Assembly (NCBI RefSeq): GCF_009834535.1
Contig: NC_045698.1
Span: forward strand, 4,714,001 to 4,778,000
From: Camelus ferus
Taxonomy: Eukaryota
Reading direction: 5' to 3'
Length of the DNA stretch: 64,000 nt
In this document: positions 13,697-26,050 of the stretch, piece by piece
How the letters are laid out: the number at the start of each line of letters is the position of its first letter
Numbering within the stretch: position 1 is the first letter of the stretch
Notes under the pieces: generated by a model
Databases searched by the model: none
Seen by the model: only the letters and a program-made list of their open reading frames with translations
What the model was told of the DNA's origin: nothing
Made by a program: the position numbers and the translations under genes

Positions 13697-14509
13697 GTAA
13701 GTGAGAGATGTAGCTGAAAGCTGGTGGTTTGGGGAGGGGTCTAATCTTTCGGGCCCAAGGGGCTTGGTGGTACAGGGAGAGGCAGGCGGTCCCGGCCAGG
13801 ATGCAGCCCCTGCGGGGAGGGGCGGCCGAGTTTGCAGACAGAGGAGGACTCCGGTCTCTGGCCCAGATGAGCCACGCAGAGAGCCACTGAGCGGCTGGTC
13901 GCTCAGTGTGGTCCTGGGTCCATTAAGGTTGAGAAATAGCGACTAGTGTGGAGGAAAAGTAGAACAATAGCCAGGGCATTGATCATGATGCAAATGAGGA
14001 AGCTCAAAAGGAAAGCCTCTCTCCTGAGTGTCTCAGACGATCCCACCCCTTCACTACCTGCCCTCCCAGGGCCAGGGAGAGTGACAGCTCGTTGGCAGAC
14101 AACTGAGGGCCACGCGTGGTGGAATAAAAACGTCCCACATGAAAGGGAGCAAATGAGCGGCCCGGGACGTGTGTTCTGACGGTTCAGCGGCCGTGGTGCC
14201 TCGGACCTGAATTCCCGAGTCAGGTGCATCACGGACGTTGCCTGATCTAGGGGTTTGAGACCTTTCTGAAGAGAACGTCTGTAGAGAAGGGAGGGGTTTG
14301 AGGCCACATCTGGTTTGAAGGGGGACACACTGGGCCACATCCCTCTGACTCCACCCTTGTCCCAGCTTCTGACTCAGAACAACCACACCACATGTATGCG
14401 ATACATGTGCATTAAATTTTAAATTCTGCTTTTAAAATTTTATATCCACACCGTAACTTTCTAATGAAGATTGGAAACAACTATTTGTCAAAATGGACTT
14501 TGTTTTCAG

Positions 14510-14749
14510 GAAGGTATTATTCTTGAAGCTGACAGAGACAGGAATTGTTCCACTGAAGGAGTCTGTCACATACCACGCATACCGCTTTGTCAGTGTCCCC
14601 AGGGGTTCTCTCCTGGATGCTGCTGACAGCTGCTTCTGGCAGGACAGTTGGGGGCTATATGCTGGAATCTCCACACTCACTGGGGCCAGAGGGGAGAAGG
14701 GAGCTGTCGGCATGTTTCCAGCTGGCACAGGAGCCTTAGTGCTAAGGAG
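14510..14749 (+). other. Candidate exon (240 nt)
   Basis: Acceptor ctttgttttcag| and donor gag|gtgagc; one frame (ORF 14493..14753) is open throughout, but the peptide is not recognisable. Confidence 0.2.
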
Positions 14750-15063
14750 GTGAGCAGTTCACGCCTCAGCGAGGAACCCCAGACAAACGCATCCTGGGCT
14801 GTTGTCCCTGCGGCTTTAACATCTTTAAGGAGATGCAGAAACCGTGAGGGGCTGACCTCTGCTCAGAGCTTTGGTGATGGTTTTTGTAGTTTTGAATTCC
14901 ATTAAACGCTGGAATGAAAATTCTTCTTTTTGTCCTGAAAATGTAGACAAGGTGATATGCTTTATCTGGATCTGAGGAAATGTACCAGATTTAAGTTGTA
15001 TGTGCATTGAAAGGCAGCCTGCATATAGTATATGAGTGTGCATATATGTAACCTTTATGTAGA

Positions 15064-15410
15064 TTGTATTAACTGTCTATGCTGTGTGATAAGTTACCAC
15101 AAACTTAGGGGCTTCAAACAAAACCCCATTATTTCTCACAGTTCCTCAGCTCAGAAGTCTGGGCAGGCTTGGCTGGGTTCTCTGCTCAGAGTCTTATGGG
15201 CTGAAATCACGGAATTGGCCCAGTGAGACTCTTATCTGGGGCCTCGGGGGAAGACGATGTTTCCAGGCTCCCTCGGGTGTTGGCTGAGTTCAGCTCCTTG
15301 CAGCTGTAAGACTGAAGTCCTGACTCCTTGCTCGATGTCGGCCAGGGGTTGCTGTCCGCTCCTGGGCTCCCCTTGGTTGCTCTGTGGGCCTTGCATGTGG
15401 CCCTGTTTTG
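15064..15410 (-). mobile_element. MaLR LTR fragment (MLT1D/E-like)
   Basis: tgtattaactgtctatgctgtgtgataagttaccacaaacttaggggcttcaaacaa...ttcagctccttgcagctgtaagactgaagtcc. Confidence 0.8.
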
Positions 15411-15927
15411 AGATATAGGGCATTAACAGAAAGTCTGAGGTTCAGTAAGGCCAGCAGATGAGGAGGTACTCGCCACTGGGCTCCAGACTGCCAGGCTCAG
15501 TTCCCCTCTGTATGCTTTCCCATCCTGGACCCATGTTTCTCCCACAGCGGGAGACGGGACGGTGGAGCTGTGCCAAGCAAGGATGAGGTGGCGTCTGAAG
15601 CAGCCACTTGCTGTTTACATCCCATCAAAGCAGCTCGTGTGTCCAGACCCAACGTCTAGGAGAGGGGCGAGGGGATGAATATTCGATGAATAACAATAGA
15701 GTATGCCAGGCCAAAGATAAAGCTGCTGCCAGACCGTGTTTAGTGACACTTCCTTGCCGACTTGAGCCCTGATATGATTCATCCCAGGGAACGGGAAGCT
15801 GGCAGGGATGGCTGTGTAAGCAAGGCTTTCAAAAGCCCTCCCTGACTTCATTACCAAGGAAAACCTTCCACGATCTGTCTCTCACCAGCTCTCAGCATCT
15901 TCCAGCTTCTCCTGACTTACCTCTCTT

Positions 15928-16088
15928 CAGGACCAACTATAGAATTTGCAAGGCCTGATGCAAAATTAAGATGCAGGGCCATGTGTGAAAAAATGAGGAA
16001 TGTCAAGATGATAACGGCAGAGCATTAAACCAAGTACGGGGTCCTTCTAAGTGCCAGGCTCAGACGTATGTCCGGGAAGCCAGCCCTG
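15928..16088 (-). mobile_element. MER45A-like hAT-Tip100 DNA transposon
   Basis: Termini caggacc...gccagccctg and internal gcagagcattaaaccaag match the reverse complement of MER45A as I recall it. Confidence 0.8.
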
Positions 16089-16919
16089 GTCCCACCCTGT
16101 GTCCCTGGTCCTCTGATCTCAGCCCACAAACTTCCTGCACTTCCGTGTCCCATTTCCCTTCTGTGTAACGCCACCTCCTATCTCCTGTGTCTTTCTTGGC
16201 CAGCTTCTGTTCTAGAGTCAAAATCCATTTCTAAACCAGTTCTTTAGGCTTCCTGAAGACTCTGTTCCAATTTCTAGCAGTGTACTTACCTTTTCATGTT
16301 TAGACTACAAGATTGTTAAGTGAATGAATAGACAAATGAATGAATAATGGGCTCTGAAGAGTCAAGTCCAACGAAATAAACCACAAGAAGCCTTGTCCGC
16401 AGCAGTTCACCTGCGCGAGAATGCAGTCCTTTCCCAGAATCAAAGGACGCTTCTGCGTTCCGCTCTCGGGGAAAGGGGACGGAGCCTTTCAGTTCTGATG
16501 TGCTACAGGCGTTCAGGTCATTGACTCATCCGTGCCCTGCCCCACGGCAGAAATGATCTGAAGGCACAGGGTACAAAAATAATTTACTATAACCTTGGAA
16601 AAGTAAGTGACAATATTTACTTAAATTTTTTCCCTGGGTCTTTATTTCCAAAAGATTTGAGACTGTTGATAAGAAAAGATAAATGAAGCTGAACACAAAG
16701 TTCAAGATCACACAGCAGGAAGCCGAAGGTAAGGCTATTACCAGCACCAGGTCATAGAGTTTCTACTTTGAACCTTAGATTTGACTTGGAGTTTCTCAGC
16801 AGCAAAAGCAAAGACAGGGAAGGCACTGCTTCATAGATTTCTATTTGTCAGATCAAGTTCAGACTGGCACAGACACAGACGGACGCAGGGTTCCAGGTCT
16901 GGCCTGGACAGTCCACACC

Positions 16920-17560
16920 TCTCCGCGAGCATCCCAGGGAAGGGTGAGCACCTCGCGCAGGGCTTGGCAAAGGGACCCTTTTCCTCCTCGATGCTTCAGC
17001 CCCGACTACTAATCAGAGTTCCCCAGAGCTGTCCGGCGCGGTGGTGGGTGCCCTCCACCCAGGCCAGGTGGGCACCACCGCCCAGAGCCACGCAAAGAGG
17101 AGGGTCTGTGACCAGCCTTCCGACTGAGGACCCACGCCTGAGCCGAAGGCTCCTGGCTTCCGGTGGGGGAGACAGACAGCCTGGGGACCGAGCAGGAGAG
17201 AGCGCGCCTGAGCCCGGCAGGCAGGACTGCAGCGCCCAGCGCGCTCTTCCCCTCTTCCCGCAGGCGCCCTGGGAGCTCGCCTGGCCCGCCTCGTCCTGAG
17301 TTTCAGGGAAGCGGGGCGCGGGGGGAGGGGAGGGGAGGGGAGGGGCGGGCCCGGGAGGGGCGCTGTTTGCATTTTAGTTAATAAAAGCCGAGAGTGTGCT
17401 CCTGAACCGGAGCCTGCGAGCCTCCCTCCACTCTCAGGAGACGAGCTAATGTCGCCGGCTGGGCCGTTTCCCCATCAGCGCGAGGCCAGTGAGAGGAGCG
17501 GGGGCGGGCCCAGCGCACCCCTCCGTCTCTCTCACGTCCCCCCCTGACGGACACAGGGGA
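16920..17560. promoter_or_regulatory. CpG-rich promoter-like island 1
   Basis: High GC and many CpGs; GC boxes ggggcggg at 17342 and 17501; G-tract run at 17313-17360. Confidence 0.6.
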
Positions 17561-17626
17561 CTTTCTCAGCAGCTGGAAGGGGGCTAATTTAGTAGCTCAG
17601 AGGGGAGAAGTTCTGAGATGTTAATT

Positions 17627-17785
17627 TTTTAAAATTTATTTTTAAATTTTAACTTTATCTTGAAGGGGGTAGGAAACTAGGTTTATTTATGTATTTATTT
17701 ATTTTTTAATGGAGGTGCTGGGGATTGAACCCAGGACCTCGTGCATGCTAAGCACACACTCTGCCACTGAGCTGCACCCTCCCCC
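17627..17785 (-). mobile_element. tRNA-derived SINE (camelid vic-1-like)
   Basis: Reverse strand reads gggggagggtgcagctcagtggcagagtgtgtgcttagcatgcacgaggtcctgggttcaatccccagcacctcca plus an A-rich tail; perfect 11-bp TSD agatgttaatt at 17616-17626 and 17786-17796. Confidence 0.92.
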
Positions 17786-19576
17786 AGATGTTAATTGAAG
17801 GGCACCCAAGGGCTTGGATGTCAGAAGCTAAGTTAAGGGTGTTTTCATTGTTGCGTAAATTGACAGATACATTCCCCCCCCCCCCCAGTGGAGGGTCAGT
17901 TCACTGGAGATCCTGGGTGGGCAGCTCTGCAGGTGCCCGCGGGCAAAGTGGGGTCTCCAGGCAAGTCGCCCAAAGAAGGTAGATGACTATGTTCATGTTA
18001 TGTACACCAAGGACAGGTGAGTGCTTTCCCCTCCCACACAGAGAATGATCTAGAACAAAGCTGAGTCACTTATCCACACTTTGGAATAGCTCTGAGGTGA
18101 ACAATCCAACATTTTTGACATAAGCAAAACAGAATAAACAAATGAAAAAAAAAATCTCAGCAGGCACTTTTGAAATAGTAAGTATATGAGAACTTTCTGC
18201 TGGAACACAACTGAAAATAGTTCGTATGTAATATAACAAAACAAACAGCAATATCATACAACATATAATGTGTAACGCGTTATATACAACACGTATTGTA
18301 ACATGACCTGGTATTATAATACATAATGTAATATTAAAAGATAAACACCTTTAGGAGACAAAGCCCTGGTGGATTTGAAGGACCCGGAGTGCCCTGCGGA
18401 AGGTTCGAGAGCCTGTGGGCAGGCAGGGTCTGCTGCTGTAACATCCGTGCGGCCAGGCAGCACAGGGCGGAGGTGCACTGCACTTCAAGGTCAGGAATCT
18501 CCCTCCCGTCCCACTTCCCCACGGACCGGCCCGGTGGCCTTGAGCAAATGCCGTAACTGTGCCGCATTGTTGCTGTGGGTGAAGTGGGCACGATAACATC
18601 ACCGACCCAGCAGACCCACGGGCAGATCCAGTGAGTGACTCACAGGAACCCCGTAGACCCGGGCCTGGTCCATGGTCAGCCCCTGTGAACTTAGCCACCC
18701 AAGCTACAGTCAAACCAGGCCTGGGAATGTGTACACACAGGACTCATTAAAAACACGTCTCTGCTTTGTAACCTTGCAGCTAGAAATCCGTTATTGCATT
18801 TGGGTTTTGCGATGGCTTGAAGTAAGCATGATCTGACTTACTGTAACTGAACTGGGTAAACTGTTGTAGAGGGAAATTATCTCTGCATATGGATGGACAG
18901 TTGGAGAGGATGGTTATATATGCGTATTTAGGAAGACATGTCCCAGGTCCCTTTCAAGAGAATCAAGGTAAAAAAAGTCAGGAAATAAAATACTGAGTGT
19001 TGGCACGACTGCTTTTAGAGCTTAGGAGTGATCACGGAACTCAGCAAGCGCAAGGTGCCAGCAGGCCTGTTTACCGGTGATGTTTCTGTCCGACGCCAAG
19101 GGTCGTGTGGTTATTTTGGGGTTAGAGAGTAAGTTATCAATTGAGCTGGAAATAAAATCCAATGCAGTTTAATAGGCTCAAGTCTTGCGGCTGTTGATTT
19201 TCTTCCTTTAATTTGTTTTTACAAAAAAAGTGCTATATGCAGCTGGCTTTATAGCCATCTGTTTGGGGCAGTTTTTCTGCAGAGATGCTAGTTAAGCAGA
19301 AAAAAGATTTGTCATCTCAAGGAATGCTGACAACTCATGGTTCTCACGGGAGTAAAATCTGGTTAGAAAACTATCTTTCTTTAATTGCTGTTTATTTAAT
19401 GTCTCATTTATTCTCTTTTTGATGTGCAAACAGAATGTTTGCACATTATTCTCAAAAACGATGCCCACCTTTCTCAGAAGGAGGCAACTCATTTCCAGTT
19501 TTAATGTTTTAATTCTTGCAAGCTTTCTCAATTTGGTCAATAGTCCATTGTATTGCTATGGGTTATCTTAGAAAAC

Positions 19577-19930
19577 CTTTTTATTGTGGTTATATATATA
19601 TATAAAATCATATTATATATAATTTATACTATATAGATACATAAAATTTATCTATTGTATATAATTTTGTTGTTTAATTTTATACTATGTGTACATATAA
19701 TTTATGTCTTATACAATATATATTATGTATAATTTTATTTTTTACATGATTTTATATCAATGTATATACTTTGTCTTATATAATACATATTGTATATGTA
19801 ATGTTACTGTGGTTGTGTGTATTATATACACACAGTTGCCACTACGACCATTTTTAATTGTGTGTTGCAGTGGCAGACGTTCTGGTCACGACGTTGTGCA
19901 GCCATCACCACTGTCTATTTCTGAAACGTT
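19577..19930 (-). mobile_element. LINE-1 3' tip with expanded AT-rich low-complexity tract
   Basis: ttttattgtggttatatata...catttttaattgtgtgttgcagtggca...gttgtgcagccatcaccactgtctatttctgaaac is the antisense L1MB-type 3' end. Confidence 0.7.
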
Positions 19931-22839
19931 ACCGCTCTAGCTGTGGCCGGAACTTGCACTGGGAGGAGCTCTCCGTGATTCGGTGCACGGGGCCTCCTCT
20001 GAGTGTTTTCAGTGGACAGTTACCACCCAAGAGCAGAAGAGGAGGCATTTGTCCCGAGACAGGAGAGCAACAGAGGTCAGAGATGGACAAGACAGGGTGG
20101 CCTGAGCCAGGCCCCTGGACCCGAGTCCTTTCAGCGGGGCTCTGAGCCCTCGTGTAAACTAGTGGATTCCTCTGTTAACTTTTCAGAAAACCAAGCCAGC
20201 TTTCCAAGCTGCAATAACCTTTCTTCCGTCTCCTGTGCCTGCTCTCGCCCATGACCACCCAACAAATAAATGAAACACAGCTTTTCCTTGTAGGTTTGGC
20301 CGCTGGGAACGGAAGAGCCAAGTGGCCGTGAACGTCACCCCAGCTGCACCCTGCAAAGGCCCCCCGTCCCTTCAGGAGCCCGTGGGGTTGCGGGGGGCCG
20401 CCTTCCTGGCTCTGCACGTCGCCTTCGTGGGGCCGGAGGAGGCGAGGCAGGGATGTCGCTCTTTAAGGCCCCTTGTTTGCTTTTCACCCAAATGTGGTTA
20501 AATTATAACCCATCCAACCTCCGGAGCCCGAGAAGTTTCTAACAGAGATTGCAGGAGACCATCTGCCTTTTATTTTATCAGTAAACAAACACATTAAAAG
20601 CGTACTTTCATTTCAGGCCTACGGAATTTGAAATGAACACTGAATAATTTGAAGTCTAAGTCATTTTCAAGCCATTATCCTTCTTCGGCCTACTTAGAGT
20701 CATGAAAAAGTGAAAACAAGGCTTCGGTGGCTGCTGGACACCCTGGATGCTCAGCTTCGTCAAGTTCACTTGATGCAGTTGAGGGTGGGGTGGAGGAGCC
20801 GCGACTCGGTGGGACCAGCCTCCCCTTAAACCGCGTGTTTCTGCGTCCAAACCAGTCCCCGGGGCTGTTTTACAACCTCACACTTTCTGTAGCTTGGGGA
20901 GTATCTGGAGGACGCGGCCTCAGGCCTCACCAGTTCCCCAGACTAACCGGCCTACGAAGGCAGGAGGCGTGTAAGGACAGCGGGTAACAGGCACCCTCCG
21001 CCTTGGTGCCTCAGCTGCGGTCGCGATGGTCTGTGAGGACCCCCCGTCCTGAGCCTCCACAAGCATGACCCCCGGGAGGGGGCCCTGTGAGTGGCCTGTT
21101 TTGAGGTCAGGAAAGTGGGAGCTGGGGTGGCAGCTTCTCCAAAACCACAGCCAGCGAACAGCAGGCGAGCGCCTCCTGAAGTCCATCGTCCGCATCTCAA
21201 GCTGGTCACCGCTTCTCTGTCTCTGATGGAAGCGCATTGGGTAAGGGAGCAGACGGTAGATTCGCAAAGGGATCTTCACGTCAGAGTTTTATCCTGTCTC
21301 ATTCGGGGAATCTTTATTTTTTCCAGACCAGTTCCAAATGGTCTACATCACCCCACTCCCCGCAAGGTTCCCTTGTCTGCAAAGGAGCTGGTCCCCCAAA
21401 ACTAGGTCTGTCCTCCTCACAAACAAGGACGTTCCCTCCGCTCCAAGTTCCCACGTCCACGTCACGCCAGGTTCTCTCCTGCAGAAACTGACACAGTCAC
21501 GCTGCATTACAGGCATTTCAGTGTGTCTCTGCCCCCTCGGGGAGGGTCACAGAGTTTGTGGTTGTATCTCCAGTGGGTGACACAGGGCCTGAAACGTGCC
21601 GTGTGTTCTTAAACACTGAATTGAACTGAATTGCAGGTCCTCCCACTGGGTCTGAAGCATGTGCGTTCCACCCCGTGCAGGACAAGCCCTGGACTAGTTG
21701 TCACTGTGATCTGGGGTTTCATATGGTCGAGGCCTTACTATATTCGCACCTCTTTGGCTCTGAAAGGTAGAAAAACTGAGGCAGTTTTGGACACCTGTGA
21801 GTCACACTGAATATCTGTGAACCAAATGGTGTGTGACTCTTCCCCAGTTCTGACACGCTGGGCATCAAGGAGCCCTGGCGCCCACGGGCATCTTGGGAAG
21901 AAGCCATCGGCCCGCGTGTGAGGTTGAGTGAGGGCTGTGCGTTTAGCAGAGTGCTGGAAGGCCGCTCTCTGGTTTCAAGTGGCTTCCCTTGAGAAGAGCT
22001 CAGCGTCGCCAGTGTAGAGCAGGTCGCCTGGTAGGGCCTGGGCAAGGCTGCAGAGACGGAGACGATGGCCCCGAAGACAGCTGGCTTTCCCCACATAGCC
22101 ACACCCCGGGGAGTCCGCCTCGCAGGCCCCCACGGGAGGCGCTGCGTCAGGGGTCTGTCTGCCGAGCCTGGAGCTTGGAGTGCTCATCCGGGCTTCCCCG
22201 AGAGCAAAGTAATGCTGCATCTGATCGCAGTGTGGGTGCACCTGCCTCCCGCCTGTTCCTCCCTGGTCACAGAGACCCTCGGGCCACAGAGGCACAACAT
22301 GGCAGGAGGTGACACCTCATAGAGCTCTAAGTGATTCTTCTGGACGGTGTCCCTGGACACGCAGCTTTGGGTTTCCAGGGCTCAGTTAAGCGAGTCTGTC
22401 AGGTCTAGGCCGCCTTTCCTTCTTCAGTTTGCCAAATACGCCAACGAAACATAGAAAGGCAACGTTGCTGGGGACGCCTGTGGGCACCTCAGTCTCCCCG
22501 TCCCCTGCACGCCGGGGGGAAGCCTGCTGCTCGGAGAGGCACCTGGGGGCCCGGGAGCCCGGACCGGGTCACCGCATTGTATGTCTTAGCGCCTCTGCCT
22601 TGGTCTCTGGGAGAAACTTCCCATGGGAAATTTTTCACCATCTTTTCCAATGAATTTTAAATTTTGTTAGACTCTGCCTTTCTTTTCTGCTTTTCTTTTC
22701 TTTAAATGATAAGCGAGAAGGAGCAATTTAAGGGGCTCAGGAAAAAGTGTTTTTCAATCACAGTTGTCCCAAAACAGAAACATACTTGAAATACATGGCT
22801 TTACAGAAAGGTTTATATAAAAAAGAAGAAAATATACCA

Positions 22840-23155
22840 TTCACGGAGCCAGGCACCGGTGTTGACTGGAACTCGGCTGTAAACCGAGGCTGCGGGCGGA
22901 GGAGAGAGGCAAGCTCTCCAGCCGCGCTAGTGCGTCCACGCTAAGCCTTCGGAACGACAGGAGCGCGGAGAAGCACCGCGCGCGGCCGAGGGGCGGGCCC
23001 AGCAGGTCTGGATCCCGCCCTCTGGCTCCCACGCTGCCGCGGGAGGACCCTCTCGTGGCTCTGGGCCTCCCTTCCGTCCACACTGTGTCCGTGCTCACCC
23101 CTCAGAGTGTGGCCTCCTCCTCCGAGCAGGACCTGGCTCACCGCCTTTGGTGAGT
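22840..23155 (+). promoter_or_regulatory. CpG-rich promoter-like island 2 with downstream splice donor (candidate first exon)
   Basis: Dense CpG (ccgcgcgcggccg), GC box at 22990, donor ttg|gtgagt at 23150, ETS motif ccggaagt at 23388. Confidence 0.55.
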
Positions 23156-24887
23156 GTGGCTCATCTGCTTAGTGTTTTAGACACTTGTCTTCATCCGCGT
23201 TCCCTTTGAAGCTCTGAAACTGCTTTTGGAGCATGAGACGTTTGGAAATCACGTGAAACCTAGGCACCTTCTCTCCAGGAGAAACGCACAAACTGGCATA
23301 AAACGTGGCCACAAACCCTGCTTGAGATGCAGAGTCCTTGTCTGCGGTGGCCCCATTTGGAGATACCACAGCCATGTCGAGATGCGGCCGGAAGTCAGTC
23401 TGAGGCTGACTTCAGCATCAGCCCGCCTGGAACACTCAGGCTCGGGCCTCGCTCTTGCTCAGTTTCGGCCCAGGGACTTGCTGTTTTTCCTGTTTTGAAC
23501 TTGTCTGCTTTACTCTGCTTGTTAATGTCAAATATGGGGGAGCAGAACTTGGGTGTCAGAACCCTCCTAACCAACAAGCCTTAGAATTTTTTTAATGCAA
23601 ATTAATTCACTGATTCCGGAATGAATAGCTCTGCCTACCACAGGGTGAGGTAATTTATGCTAAACTGACAATACGAAGAGTTGGCTCGTCCGTAATCTTT
23701 CCCCAGGAGAATGAATTCTTCCTCACCAGGCATTTGCTCAAGTAAGGCTACTTAAAGATGCCTAAGAGGCAACATGACAAAGATCTGCTTCCTTCCACAG
23801 CAATAAAAATGTCCTTGCTTCCCCAGAAGTGATGGATGGGCGTTTGTATTGTCAAGTCACCGCCATGAGGCATGGCGGGCTTGCTTGGGAATGAGTAAAA
23901 CGCTGCAGCAGACCCATCCCTGTGCAGTATGATTTAGTGGACTCGTACGACTGGGCCATGCTGTGCTTTGCACACGGCTTCAGCTCTGAATCACATTCAC
24001 ATTCCTTTCGGATGACAGTGAAAGAAAGAAGAGTGTGTTCTCTGGTGAAGGTGAGCCTCCTTGACCCTGCCACGTGACTTTTTTATTGGTTGTTTTGATG
24101 CAGCCTTTTGCCATGTTTGATTTTTGCAACTGTTTTGGCCCAGGGACTTTGTGACTCAGATTAGAAAGTGTTTCACTGAGCTCCTAGAATCTTTAAACTA
24201 TGAAGTCATCTGTGAACCCAGAGTCATCTTCTCTCTGGAGAACTAGATTATTAACTTGATGGATGTTGGGAACGACAGGGCGTTTGAGTTGAGGGATGGG
24301 CCCGGTGCTCTCTGGTGGCTCAGCTGCATAGAACCCAGAGTGAATTTCCCACATTTGCTCGTCTCAGACAGCACTGTCAATCATTCTGGGCAATCTCTGA
24401 GATTTTGGAGCACGTGGGACAAGCAGCATCTCACATACTCAGATTTTGCCTGCAAAGTTACAGTGGTCATAATACTCCTTTTCCTCTCAGTAACAAGCAC
24501 ACATTATCCACAAAATCTTTGTGATAGACTCCTTTGCTATGGTCTCTCTGCATCCTGCTTCTTCTTGGAACCATTTTGCAATTGATCAGCTTGTTAATTA
24601 TGTAAAATGTCTGACTCAGATGAAGTGTGTCATACTGGATCGCCTCTCTTCCGGAAACACCTTTTTCTATCCTCACATCTGCTACTCTTAGAACCACAGG
24701 CACTTCCCAGAGCTTAGGGAGGTTGTTTATTTTTAGAGATTTTATGTTGGAAAGTGAAAGACATGAGTAAGATCAAATATGTGGTATATTTTGTGGTGTG
24801 CCTGAGATAGAATTCTAAATTTTGGGGGTAGAACTTTAGGAAAAAGCCAAATCCATGTTCCCTATCATTTCAAACAAAAGGCACTGG

Positions 24888-25340
24888 TTTAATTCATTTG
24901 TCAAATAGTCATCGGGTGTCTGCTACCTGCCACATGTGATGAATGCTAAGCTCTCAGGGTTAAATAAGACACTGACCATGCTTTTGGAAACTTGTGCAGA
25001 TGTGAAGGAGCTGACAGGCTCAGAGATGATCATAATACAAGGAAGAACATGGAAATTCCATGAGAGAGAAGGAGATCCCTGGGGACCTTCACAGCCGGGA
25101 GCTCAGCTGAATGACGGTATGAGGCAGTCCCTTCATAAAGGGACATTCAGAGATGGACAAGGGGTGCCAAGTGGCATTTTGATAGATAGACATTGCAGAG
25201 AGATGTTAAGTACAAGAGAGAAAGTTCTAAAGCCTTCTCCTAGGACAGGCAGAGGGGGCATGTTCAGGAGATGGTGAATGATCTGGTTTTGTTGTAAGTG
25301 AAGTTCTATCCTGGGACATCCTGAGAGGGAACCTAGAAGG
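24888..25340 (-). mobile_element. LINE-2 3' region, antisense
   Basis: ttaattcatttgtcaaatagtcatcgggtgtctgctacctgcca...aaataagacac...gggcatgttcaggagatgg. Confidence 0.65.
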
Positions 25341-25719
25341 ATCAGCTGACAGCTCGGGGACCACACCTCTGCTTTGCCCAAATCAGCCTCATCTGCACTT
25401 GTGGTCCCAGCACTTTGCTCATCATCATCACTCACGTTTCCCTTCTCAGAAATACCCTGGTTCAGACAGACGATGACTTATGTGGACGGCCTGGCATTTC
25501 TGAGCTGTTATTGTTAATACGATAGTTTCCTTCCATCCTCAAAAGAACTATTTTCTTAACAATTCTTGATTAACTGTGACATGTATTTTTCCTGCCATTT
25601 CATGTTAATGGAGGCAGAGTAGGGAATCTTATGTGATATGATTTCAAATTTCTAAAGGTAGCCCAAGATCTAAAAATCTCTCCTATAGAACTGCCTGAAA
25701 TTCAATAATAGTGATAATA

Positions 25720-25950
25720 ATAATAATAATAGACAATGTGTATAGATGATTAGATTTATACAAGACACTGGGCTATGCTACTGGTTTATTTAAATGAGTT
25801 GACCTTGGCAACAGCCCAAGAAGTGAGGATTGTTGGTGTCTCTGTCTTACAAATGGGGAGACGGGGGCTCACAGGACTGAACTTAGAGCTAGTGAGTAAT
25901 GGAGACAGGACTTGAGCCCAGACAGCCTTAATCTAGACCCATGTTTTTAG
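25720..25950 (-). mobile_element. MIR SINE
   Basis: caacagcccaagaagtgagg...ttacaaatggggagacgggggctca...gctagtgagtaatggagacaggacttgagcccagacag. Confidence 0.8.
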
Positions 25951-26050
25951 CTCCAGATCAAATCACAGTATTGCTGGGAACGTGGTAGGACACATTGACC
26001 ATGATTTTTATGAAAATGATGAAGCTTTTCAATTTACAAAGTACTTGTGT

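Noticed and set aside
14510..14626. EGF-like Cys pattern (CSTEGVCHIPRIPLCQCPQGFSPGCC) in an alternative frame
   Set aside because: It terminates at TGA inside the putative exon, has atypical spacing and has no neighbouring coding exons; likely chance.
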